Below are positions 23,407 to 35,700 of a stretch of 64,000 bases of DNA, in pieces. Position 1 is the first letter of the stretch, and each line of letters starts with the position of its first letter. Location of the stretch: positions 54,932,001 through 54,996,000 of the forward strand of contig CM060732.1 of NCBI GenBank assembly GCA_030704615.1, given 5' to 3'. The notes below the pieces were generated by a model that did no database searches, was not told the origin of the DNA, and worked only from the letters and a program-made list of their open reading frames with translations. Source of the DNA: Takakia lepidozioides (taxonomy: Eukaryota > Plantae > Bryophyta). The position numbers and the translations under genes are program-made.

Positions 23407-25283
23407 AGGGCCCAGACTGGTCACAAACACAGGCACCGGCACAGTCTCTCTGACTCTGATGAGGCGGAAAGTTTCACTGAAATTCTCACAGCTGCAAATT
23501 GTGGGTTCAACACGACACTCTCACAATCTCAGATTCTTGCAGCATCAACCCTCATCTTCCTCCATCCCCCCTACCCACTTGCTGCATCGGACATTGTTAA
23601 AGACAGAGATCCGAGGGAGGCCAGCCACGGGGGTATGAAAGCCCTCTTCAGGCCCTTGCCACCAGTTTGCATTGTAGCCGTCCGCACGGGATACGATCTA
23701 GTAACTCTACAGATACCTGCTTTTAGGTCTCTAAAGTATTCACACTTACGCCAGGCTAACACTTGTCAACCATGGCACTTTTTCCCCCTTGCTGGCGTTT
23801 GTCTTTCTTCCTCTCTTGCTCACATTAAGGGCCGCTACCTCGAGTGGAGCGGGTTTGTGGCTAAGAGACAGTGACACTGGCTTCATAGTTATTTATAAAC
23901 ATCAGGGCTTTTCTATCATAATTGTCTGCTTTGCAGATGAGGTGCGTGGGATGTTATGAAGTCTGCTCAATGCCATGTTTTCTCTCTGGCAAGCATGCAA
24001 CTTCAGACACATACCTTAACCAAAAGAGCACTCGCTACTTCAATGCTAAATTGGGCTGTTCTGTGACCAAACTACTGGAAGAGGCTACATGTCTGTCATT
24101 GGGGCTTCTACCCCACTTTGAATCAATGTGCGTTGTACTCGGATTTCTAAGTCAGGTGTCCAATGATGCGGTATCTAGTATCTAGCTCCTCCAGTCCGAT
24201 TTCCCGACAGAACCATTGTGCGGGCTGTCCTGCCAGGATGTAGTAAGCTTATAAATATCTTCCTGTGGGCCGCTCTTTCCCATCTGTTTGGGAAAACACA
24301 TCCGGGAATGATCTCTATGTTTCTGTGGCTTAAAGTCAGGTACTTACCTATCAATCCAGTACTCTACCACACCATTTTTAGCTGGCTGTCCTCCCAAGCT
24401 GTGAGTGAGCTCTTATACATTCATCTGTCTTGGCACTATCCAACTCTGTTTTGACCTTAACTTTGGGGAGATTTGAGGAACACTGCAATCTACTAAAACC
24501 TCAACAGCGAAACCTGAACGCCTGCTCAATGTGCGTTCTGATATATATGATGTTGTCACCTCAGCCTTACATTCCTCTTGAGGCAGTGATCCAGCTTTTC
24601 TCAGCTTCTCGTGTGTTTTGGAGAGGTTGTGGAGGAAGATGACCGAGTAGCAAAGCCACACAGCGTTTACAGTTGTGAGTGGATTCTGGAGATGAAACAC
24701 TCTCACCATGAGAGTAACAGTCTGAAAACTATTTTGCAGTAAGGATTTTCAATACCACAGGAGAAAGTTGCAGATTCTTGCATGGAAACCACGTACACAA
24801 TTTGCAATAGAATTCTATTGCCTGTCCAAGAACACAAAAACACCCTAAGAGGTTGTTACGGAAGTTTGAGCAGCATTTGCAGAAAAACCCACCACTTCTC
24901 CTCACTGGTAACCATTCTGACAGTAGTCCAGTCATCTTCCAATGCTGCAATTTCTATACGGTGGGGTATCCCCTGGTAACTATCCAGTTGTTAACATGTC
25001 AGATAGTGATGCTATATGTTACCTAGCTGATAAGCCCCCTCTGGTTGAACACCCATGAGATGATTAATGATGTGTTCAACAATGCAACCTTTTTCTCATT
25101 GCATGCTCCAGAGCATACTTAGTTCATGGAGGACAGGAGACAATCAAGCAGTACGCACCAGAAGAGACTCTCTCCAGTCAGTTCACTACTTTTGCAGATG
25201 CCTCCCCTGCAATTCTTTGGAGGCAAGTATAGCACTAGATTGCCCTAAGAATTTACAAGTACACACGACAAGAATGAGAGAAT

Positions 25284-25352
25284 GTACTCATAAGACGTTG
25301 TTTGCCGTAGCCTTAGCCTTGTGGCCATTGACCCCGCGCCCAGTTTGAGCAG
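25284..25352 (-). mobile_element. LINE 3' tail micro-insertion
   Basis: Near-identical to the 3' end of the LINE at 55585-55648. Confidence 0.85.
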
Positions 25353-26225
25353 AACACAGTGAGAGAGGTGGGTGCCATGGATATCCATTGCAAGCTCTAA
25401 GAACCCATAGAACTTTGCTACAAGCACTCACCAAACAGCTTTTGCAAGACCAGTAGAATGGGTGGATCAACAAGCCTTCATGTGCCTTCAACTGGTGCAA
25501 ATCTCTTTCACAGCCTACCCCTGTTAGCCAACAAATACCCTGCCCAAATACGTCTTCAGACAGACCCACTGATATGGTAGGATTGAGCTCGCGTGCCCCT
25601 GAAACACTTCCTAAGGTACAAGAGACTGTCAATAGTTCAGTCATTGCTGTGCAGCAAAGGAGCCGGCACACATGCCTGACAGCAAATAGATTTACAGCTT
25701 AGCTATGCTTGTCAGCCAAGATCAAAACCAACAATGGGTCTTAGATTACATCTACTACTTGGCACCCTGTGGGTATGTATGTAGCTTGGATGTAGAACTA
25801 CTTTTGTGTCCAGCTGCATGATACCAGCCAAACACTAGCTATAGTGACTGCATCACAGGATCTCTTGGATCCTGATGCAGTTCCTGCCCATCAGGTCTGT
25901 TCTCTTCCCTTGTCCTTCTCACATCCCGCCCCCCATAACCACAGAGGGCCCCCACTGCCTTCCACGTACATTGGAAAGTTTCTTTCCTTCATTCTTTCTT
26001 CCATTTCATTTCTTTCTCCCCCTCTCCTCGCCCGCCCCCATGGATCCTTTGGTACTCCCGTGGAAATAATCAATGTCTTCTGTGCTTCACTCCTGCAATG
26101 AGCCATCCCACATTATCCTACTTAAGCATGGCTGAAGCCAAGTCATGTAGAGGGAACAATATCTCTGCCCATCTGAAGTACAGTGACAGCTTACCCACGA
26201 ACTTCTGGAGAAAGAGGGAGAGTAC

Positions 26226-28940
26226 CTCAGTTCGATGCAACAAAATAAAATCCTTGAGCTGGGCAGGGTTGTGAAGCGGAGGACCCTTGCTCCAATCACA
26301 GCTCACCTGGATCACTAACCCCCCCATTAGTCACCTGTCTCTTTCCCTCTGTCCTTGGGCCTCCTGCAGATGATAAATCTTTCTCTCTCTCTCCCACTCC
26401 CATAGAGGCAGGCACAGCTCTAGACATTACCGCATATGCGAAGATGGTCCCGTCGTTGTTGAAGCTACAGCATGGAATGGGCTCGTAACACCTCTGCAGT
26501 GCCTGTAAGTCCACAAAAAAAAACACACGAGTCTCAGTATCTACTTGACTATATGCGTAGGACTGCTGTAGTCAACTCATTTGAAAATTCTTGTGGAGAC
26601 CAAACAAGCATTCTTATAGAGAGACAGGTAGATGGTGAGTGATAAAGTACAGGTGAGCTAGGATTGGAGCAGGGGTACAGAGAACTGCAACCCTGCCCAG
26701 TTGAAGGATTTTATCCTGTTACATCCATGCACTGCCACGCCTACATGGCGTGTTTTTATTGGATACGAGGAAACTACGTACCTTCAATCTTACTCCCCGG
26801 TCCTTGTCCCAAAACTTGCAGACTCCATCTGAACCTGCAGTAGCAAAAGTGGCGTGGACCTGCAAACATGCATCGAGATGTCACCTTATGCACCCAAAGA
26901 ATTCGCTTGGTCAAGACAGAGTATGCAAAAACAACTCTGAGGCAAGTTAACAAACAGAAGCTTTAGAAGGAAAGAGGGGTCCCTTTCGACGTACAGGATG
27001 GAAGTTGATGGCATTGACAGCATAGATATCACTGTTATCCCTGTGGCACGACAAGGTAAAATCTTTTTCTTGTTGTGCCTGATCAATATGCTGGAGCGCA
27101 ACTCTTCCATGAATGGAGCCCACCAAGAATCCCTGTTTGTCTGGAAATACTGCAACACAGCTTGTCTGGTGTTTGAAGGGTGATCGGATCCTTGTGAACT
27201 CCCTCTGCCTCAAGAAAACATCTCAATCAATCAATGAACCCCAGTTCCCCTATCTTCCTTGCCTACAGACAACCATCACCAGAAGCCATATGATTGCAAG
27301 ATTATGACAAGTTTCAGTCTACTAGATTCAACTCTCGGTTCATCTCTCTCTAGGACCTTAAGGATGGTCTGAAGGCCTACCTACACCTCAGCAGTAGACT
27401 GAAATTTAAACTTGGGGACAGGGAGCCTACCTTTGAACAAAACAGATGCAGAGGAAAAGGAGATTGTAATTGCCCCATGCACAGGCACTGTGAAGACGAT
27501 ATCCATTTCCTGATACATTCTCTGGGGTATTATTCTCACCAGAGAGTTACCCTCTTCAAGAACATCAAGAACATGGTTCATGCACCTCTGTTCACCAGCA
27601 AAATCTCAAGCAGAGCCCAAAGCCCTGGCCCTGTTGGGATCTAACTTTTGGGCTGCTCACACACAGCAGATTGCGTGAACGGCTATCTAGAGGATATCTG
27701 GAAAGCCAGAACTAATTGTTTATATCACTGACGTAAGTCCCACTACTGGAGCGAGTCACTCACAAAGGTAGTGTCTATTGTCTATTCCCTCTGTTTCCAA
27801 TCAAACTGGGTGTGGGGTCTATGGCCACAAGGCTACGGCAAACAAAGTCTTGAGTACATCTCTATCCTAGTTTCTGTCCAAACTGGGTGCCGGGTCTAGG
27901 GCGACAAGGCTACGGCAAACTAACTCATATGAGTACATGCTCTCTCTACCCTAGTTGCTTACCTGAGGGCTGGTAAGATTGTAGACGACGGTGTTCTGAT
28001 CTGCAGTGGCCACCACCATCAGTGGGTGGCACACACTGATTCCATCACAGCCCTCTGGCAATTGTTGTGTGTGCGCTGGAGTCTGCTGCAGCAGGTCCCA
28101 GTACCTGCACATACCCCATCACCCTGTTAGTTAGAGATTGGGTTTCAGGGAATAGACAGTGCAATCTCCCACGGATCTCATAGTAGAGAGGGCAGTAAAA
28201 GAAGAAGTAATTTTTGGTGAAAATAACATACTTGAGAGTTTTGTCCCAGCTCCGGTCACCAGTAGGTTCATTTCGGGAATCCAGGATATGGCCTCGATGG
28301 AGGTATCATGCATCCCCACAGTCACCGGCTGCCCACCTGACAGTATGGGCCACATCTTGGCCTGCCTGTCATACCCTGCTGAAAACACCGTGCTGCCATC
28401 GTCCTTCCAGGCTGTGCACAGTACCTGCACAGCATGCATTCTTACCCTGTTACTTCATTCTTATTTGCAACTGCTGGGTTCCACTGGCACCCTGTAAGAG
28501 TCACTGAGGGTCGTCATCAGCAGACCAGAATAAGGATACCATCAGTGGCTACAGCAAACAGAATCAAGTGCCTCAGATTGCCAAACTCGCAACATATACA
28601 GAAACAACTCAACATGAAAAGCAAAAAAACTCACTGGCTGATCATGAGAGATGGCTCCCTTGGGAATAATATCCCCATTTTCTGGAAGCTCCCAGCACCG
28701 TACCTGCAAGTCCACCTTCCTCATATTTTCAGCACACCACTAGGAGTCCACCTGGAGGAGCCTCACTTTGGTCTATGTTCCTTCAATTTGTATCAATACC
28801 CTTATCAGCATTCGCTTTTCAGTCAAACGCAAGAAGGTTCAAGGGGATGTGACCTGATGGTCCCAAGATGAAGCAACAAGGTAGTCTGCCTTCGTACTGA
28901 AACTCAAACTAGAGATGCTGTCGGTTGGGGGTGACACAAC
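26226..28940 (-). pseudogene. RAE1: Divergent RAE1 (WD40 mRNA export/mitotic checkpoint) paralog with a frameshift
   Basis: Exons read [84 protein letters not shown]. The conserved TGSWDKTLK is frameshifted near 28250. Terminal exons were not located. Confidence 0.8.
27352..27938 (+). mobile_element. 5'-truncated LINE copy plus a second tail in a RAE1 intron
   Basis: Colinear with 55145-55648; additional tail at 27872-27938. Confidence 0.85.
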
Positions 28941-29242
28941 CTGAAAAAAAACTCACAGTTGAAGATCGCAGCTCTTGAAGTTTGGGTCCAGAAGGTACAA
29001 TTATCAGGGTTAAGCCTATGAGGTACTCCTCCCTTCTAAGCAAGCAGAAATAATATAGCATTCCAAGAGTGGCGCTAAGCAAATTTAACCTCAAACTGTT
29101 GAGTATCCGTGAAGGGCGCCATCATCCAGATGCATCGCGCACAACAGCACAACAGCACAGCAATCTCTGGAGCGGTCCTTTCTGATGCGCCCTCTCCACC
29201 TCCCCACCACCTTGTCCTCGATAAGTGAGAAGCTCCGCCCAC

Positions 29243-29280
29243 AACGGTAAGCTAACGGTAACGGTAAGCCCTAAACGGTA
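29243..29280. promoter_or_regulatory. Cluster of four AACGGT motifs (MSA-like core) upstream of RAE1
   Basis: caacggtaagctaacggtaacggtaagccctaaacggta; CACGTG at 29311. Confidence 0.35.
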
Positions 29281-29524
29281 ATCTCGTCGGTAGCAGATTA
29301 GCTGTATACTCACGTGGTCCTTTTTTCCTTGTTCTCTAGTGTGAAAGATGCCATCACCTGGTAATTTTGCATTTTGATTGTAAATGCGATGAAATCCCAT
29401 GCAATCGTTATCTTGTAAAACCTAAACACGATGAAGCTACTGTAGGGCAGGATAACTGAGGAGTCATCCCCGACATTAGCAGCTGGGGCTCTGGCGTATG
29501 GAATACCAAATGCCTGACAATTCT

Positions 29525-29650
29525 ACTATCATCTACAACCCTCATCAAGTCATCCACAACCCTCGACAAATCATCTACGACCCCCCACAAATCATCTACG
29601 ACCCTCGACAAATTAACCACTAGTGGTTGTAGATGATTTGTCGAGGGTTG
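29525..29650. repeat. ~21-bp tandem/inverted repeat array (TCATCTACGACCCTCGACAAA)
   Basis: Four direct units, then the palindrome AACCACTAGTGGTT, then an inverted unit. Confidence 0.75.
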
Positions 29651-29969
29651 ATTTTGTGGGCAAACGTTATGCATAGGGGTACCAAATGCCCATGTCTTCA
29701 TCCCACTTGTTCAGCAAATATTCTCTAATAGATTCTTAGATCCTTTAGAATTATGCTTAGATGCTTTTGCATTGCGAAATTCCACATGAGGGGAAAGTGT
29801 CTTTTCCCTTGTTTTTTTTAAAAATAAAAAATAAAAAATCTCTCATGCCACTTTAGAGGAGAGTGTCTTTTCCCTTGCTTTAACCAAAAAACAAACAAAA
29901 CAAAACAAAAACTCCCATGGATAATTTCCCACTGCGAAATTCCACTTGATAAGCAATCACCTTGTGGTT

Positions 29970-31240
29970 ATGAGCTCCACCGGATTATTGCGGACTGCCG
30001 GTGGTCATTTGTACTCTTTCATTATTCCATGGAGTTTTCTATTGAGGAAGCCAACCATGTTCTGGAAGCCGCCTCTGCTGTTGCCATTGAAGCCACAAAC
30101 GTCTAAAATGCGTCGCCTCTACTTGTGCAGCTGATTCTCATAGATGACCCACGGCCTGAAGACCTCAGACATATGCCTATGGCACATCCAACCTTTGGGG
30201 TGCGAAGAAAACACTTGTTCGGATTGACTGATGAGGACTTTGAGCGCATGGCAGCTTCACTACAACACAGATGGATGCAATTTGACAATTTTCGCTCATA
30301 CAACAAGTTGATGAAGGATCTGCATAGTTTGAGGATGGACTTACTCCATGAAACAGACCACAGAAGTTTGTGGTAGATAACGCATTGCACTGGTTTACAT
30401 TGGTGATGGAGCAAGCAGTATTCGACATTGTTTTGCAGAATCCCAATGTCTTCAAAGTCCTGTGGTGTGGGATCCCAACTGAAGACCGCATCGGCGCCAT
30501 TACTCATCTCGATGGAGCATGCATGTGCCGGCAAATCAAGGACATTAGCCTCGTCGGAAATCTCTTGGAAGGTAAAATGTTATGAGCAACTTTCGTGTTT
30601 CAGCTCAATTTCTTTTGCCAACTTTTTTAGAAGTTCACATTTGCATAAACATGTGTTGCAGGGCGAGTTGATCTGGGAGACAAGCAAGTGCAGGCTGCTT
30701 TCGACTCTTTTGCCAGAGGTGCAAGGGACCTTGTCCTGGCTTTACAAGGAGTTCGGGAGACTGTCCAGCAGACTGGCCACAAGAATGTCCAACAACATAT
30801 TCCCCACGACACATGTGGGCAGACTGCCCAAGTGCTGGAGACCAAGCATGTACACCAGACCGTCCCGGGTAATAGGCCGGATCACTCCCAGCAGACTGCC
30901 CCGCACACACATACTCAGTATGTGCAAACGGTACTGAGCGGGCAGCGAACTTTGCAGACTTTACAACAGACCAGCCAACAGACTGCCCCTCAGCCGACTG
31001 TGCAGCAGACCACCGAACATGACCACAAGACTACTCCTCAGCAGACTGTGCAGCAGACCGACGAATCCAGCCAGCAGATTACCCCTCAGCAGACTGTGCA
31101 GCACACTGGCGAACCCACTCAGCAGATGGCCGAGCAGACTATCTAGGAGACTAACAACCAGTCTGTTCCCTGGATTGTGCAACAGACTCGGATGCACTGG
31201 CCTCACCGGGACCCTGTGGACGAATTTCTGCTGAGTTCCC
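29970..31240 (+). pseudogene. Second fragment of the TE-like QQT-repeat gene
   Basis: Homologous to 665-968; continues through an apparent GT-AG intron (~30572-30661) into Gln/Thr-rich ORF 30688-31146. Confidence 0.6.
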
Positions 31241-32722
31241 AACAACATATTTTTGGATATGCCAGTATGAGTGTTTTGACCGAGTCCACTTTTCCCCCAT
31301 GCACATTCACTGACGACGTCATCAGGTCACCGGTAAAGCAAAGGATTAAACCATGAGGATTGAACCTAGGATCTCATGGTGCTGAAGGATTGAACCCAAG
31401 ATCTCATGGAGCTGAATCTTCCTACAGAAAGGAAGAATGCATTCTCAATGAAGGAAAAACCTGGCAAAGGACATATGCACCGGAGGGGAGGGACGACAAT
31501 AAGAGGCACAACAGCAGCAGCCATGACAAGTCCCAGTGTATGCATCGCAGCATCAACTCCAGCGGTGGCGCCGGCCCCATGATCCGTGTGCGTGGCGCAA
31601 TGCACTCGCTGTTGCGGGGATGTAGCACATCGAGCTCTTCTCCCTCCCACAGACAGATATACTTATGTATGAGGGGAGATACATGTCTTCCGTCAGAAGG
31701 AGAGAGGTGGATGGAGGAGGGAACTACCTATCTTGAATATGAAACACTGATACCTCGTTTGCCTCACATCGACCTACAGCCGTTGGAGAGGAAGATCTAT
31801 CGTGGGCTGAGGTGACACCATGCAAAGATTTTCAAGAAAGATGCTATCCAAATTCCAGGAAGCCTTTGGGCTCTAATTTCCAGAGATTCCAAAAAATCAG
31901 ACTACATCAGGTGATCTGGTATTCATGTCTTCGCTTGAGTGCCCTTATCGACCATCTTACCTTTTGATTGTCTGATTTTGCAGGATCCAGACAAGTATTG
32001 CCACTGCACTTAGTTTTGGCAGTAAAATGGCACTGTGCAAGTTAACTCTCCGAGTTGTGCAAACAGAACAGGCTACTCTTCTTCAGTAACTACGTTCAAC
32101 ACCTTTCCTGATGGTTCTTTTAATTTTGCAGTGACACAGGAGATTCGCCATTGCAAAGCTCAAGTCCTGAAATCGAATGTTTAAGTTGGATGCATGCAGA
32201 TAAGTACAAGTTAGCCCGATCGGGAGGAGAAACTCAATAACAATGTCTGCCCAATCTGTCATGTGTGGAAACAACCTTACTGTACTCAGCAATCACACAC
32301 ACGATTACTTGAGTTGGGAATATGGAATAGCTCGTCCTTGCAGGTCCAAGCCTTGCTTTCCCCCGAAAGCATGTAGCAAGATGGTTTTGAGCTCTGTTTA
32401 TTATATCTTGAATGGACTCAAATCTCACCTTTTGGCTAACTATGTACAATCACTAAGCTGACAAACCACACTTTGCTAGTTGATCAGCACAGGCACACCA
32501 CTTACATTGTGTACATCTTAGAGACTCTGATCTGTCTGCAAATCACAGAAGTGACTCCCACACCTCTTCTTGGTGATTGCTTGCTCTTCCATTCACTTTC
32601 AATCTCCAGGTATGCTGGGCTCTATCCTTGTCCACAGGATGAGAGAGAAAAATGAAATGAAATGGTGCTTTATAACGTCCGCGGAAAGCTCGTAGAGCTT
32701 ATGGGACAAAATGGAAGAGGGC

Positions 32723-35700
32723 TTAGACAGCTTCGGACGGGGATGGAAGGAGGTGGTCAGTGTAAGATTTGCTATGCACTTCCATGTCAGGTGGTCGCAA
32801 TGTAGGGTGCAGATAGGCATTCTGAATGCATTTTAGCATGTCCTCGGTCACGCCTTTCTCATCGTCTATTTGATCCTTTTTCACTGTGCTCTGTCCCATT
32901 GATCCCAAACACAACGTAGGCTGTGAGATGTAACCAGGAGAAGAAGGGAAAAAGGGAAAGTTGAGAACAAAAAATTGGAGTAAGAAGAGTGGCACAGGAA
33001 TGACTCTATCATGACATCTAGTTCCAGTAGCTTCTCGTAATTAAAGGCAAGATATTGAGCTGACCTTCTACTTGAGGAATATTAAGCAACAGTACCTCCA
33101 CATTGTAGCGTTTGAAGGTGGGTAGAAACCGCTGCCGACAAAGCTCATTGAAAAGCAGAGTGAGAATAGGTAGGGGTACACATGCGAATGAGGCCACCCC
33201 CAAGCCTTTGACCGTAAAAAGTCCAATGAACAATATTTGCATTAGAACCAAGCAGCATATGATCCGGATGTGTACATGAGGCCAGAATTGGCCACCAGTA
33301 TCATATGCTGGTTCATAGACATGTAATATCTGCACTCACGCAGCACAAGGTTTCAATTAGACTACTATCTCTGAAGTATCCCTGACCAGATTCGAGTCCA
33401 AACTTTCCTAGAAGGCAATGGCAAGCACACTACAGCACACTACTCTCTTCTTCCTTACCACACAATTTAATGCTCAGGCTTATAATATACAAAGAAAGTC
33501 AGCAACTGCCGGTGCAGGGAGGACAGGGATAAAGAGTAGTGATGCCACCTGATTACGGAAAACAATGTAGCCGAGGATAAAATATATGAGAAGAAATGGA
33601 AGCAACAGAGGCGTGATAATCGAATATGTCAGCCCCAACAGAACAAAGAGGAGCACATATGGCAACATCCGGTAGTAGGGCAGTGACCGAACATCACTCG
33701 AATGGAGTTGCTTTCTGTCACTTGTGTTCCTTGTCAGTACGTTCACGGTGAGTGATCCTGGATGTAAGATCTCAAGAGGGAAGCCTGCCCAACCACTCGT
33801 CATCACGTAAGTTATGAAAAAATCCGCCTGTCAACAAACAGAAAGATTGTACTCATAAGACGTTGTTTGCCGTAGCCTTGTGGCCATTGACCCCGCGCCC
33901 AGTTTGAGCGGGAACAAAAGGGACAAACAGAAAGAGAGTGACTCAGAGGTGTCGCTTATAGTCATGGATAGCCAAGCATAATGCTGAAGCCTCTATCCGC
34001 AAGGTAATAGACAACATGAGCTTCAAGAAAGCCAATAATAACACAAACGAATTTTGAAAAGAATGTACTCTTACGACGTTTGCTGTGGCCGCCATCGACC
34101 CTGCACCCAGTTTGGGCTGAACAAGAGGGAGGAAGAGAGAGAGCTTACTTTGCTAGGTATCGCTTCAGCTAGACGCCTTGGTATTTCCCGGGGTTCAGAT
34201 GAGAATGAGTCAATTATACTCATGAGTGAACCCCCCAATACACCAACAAGGAACACATTGCCAGCCAGAAGGATGAAAAATTTTCCTGCTGCCTTCCTCT
34301 CCTGACGACTTCTGGAGACATGACCTTCAATTTTCGAAAGGAAAAGCATGATGGGAGGAATGCCATAGTAAAGTGCCGCAAGAACAAGGGCAGGAAGGTA
34401 TCCTTTTAACACCTGCTCCAATCCAGGGCTGCAAAACAGTGAGGACAAAGTCAGACCAATACCCACTAAAGAAATGAGGTCATATTGTGTTTTCCAGTCT
34501 TCCACAATACCTCTGCTCATTTTATCCCTTCTTTCACCATTACCCTCCCTCTCCAAGGTGAGGGCCTTCTGTGTTGCTGCAGCTTGCCAATCTATGTAGG
34601 TAACATAGATGCTGAAATGCTTCACAAGAACCATGGCAACCTGCTCCCCAATTCTGTCCAGCTTGGAAACTCCTACGAGCAATATTAAGGTAGTGCCCCC
34701 CAGAATCTGGGTCTACCACATACCGAATCTCCAAGTCTCTGACATAGACAATAGGTGGAATTTGCCCCATGACCACAGTGATGGCCTATCTATTTTAAGC
34801 TGAGACTGTACAGGTTGAAAGGAGAAGCTCACATTTTCCAGAGAATGTCTCCAATATTCTGTGGTAAGTATTCTTTGAAGCTATCGAGGTTGGCAAAGGC
34901 CACTACTACAGCCGTCAGAGGTGTGAAGAAGAGAGTCATGAGACCAGCTCCAACTGCGGCTAATTTGTTGCGGAACATTCTCTGCCACAAAGGTATCTCT
35001 AGATTTTCCCAGTCAACATCTCTCGGTTCCGGGGCCCATTCAGTGACCCACAATAGTGGGTTTGTTGATTGCTGAGTCTGGGCAGTAACAACCGCTTCCC
35101 ACCTTCTCTTGAATGAAACAAATACTGTTGGCAGTTCCTGCACCCAAGTACCTCTTTGTCAAATTCGTTTCTCCCTTGGCTGCTTCTCTTCTCCATTAAT
35201 TCTGCCTTATGTTCAACTCGTCCACCCTTTTACATCCCTTCCCATCTGTATCTACCTCCCTTCTCTCCATAGCCGCTCTGCCACAAGTTATTGGCCTTAC
35301 AAAACAAGCTGGAAAATTAAAGACGCCTTATACTAAGCACAACACATAGCACACGGTCAACAAAAGAGATACCGTATTTTGCTAAGTGAACTTCAATACA
35401 GAGCTGATTTTCCCCCCAGGTCATTTCGTAGTACTTGCCTTTGCAGCCCAAAGGGTGATGAAAAATTTGCCTGGCTCAATGACAGCAATTTCACAAGGAC
35501 AAGAAAGGAATCACAGACATGTTGACAAGAGCGTTGAAGGACTAGCTAGCCTCAGGTAATCTACCTTCTTTCTACTCAGAATTTCATGTTGACTCTCTCG
35601 GATCTGTTGATAAAGATCTTCCAGCTTCCGGGTGTGCAACTCAAGAGGGTCCACTAGTGCTCCATACAACCCGCAGAATCCGTCACGACAAGGTTTTCTC

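Noticed and set aside
23500-25250. Short ORFs between the RSRC2-like gene and RAE1
   Set aside because: No recognisable protein similarity or consistent exon chain.
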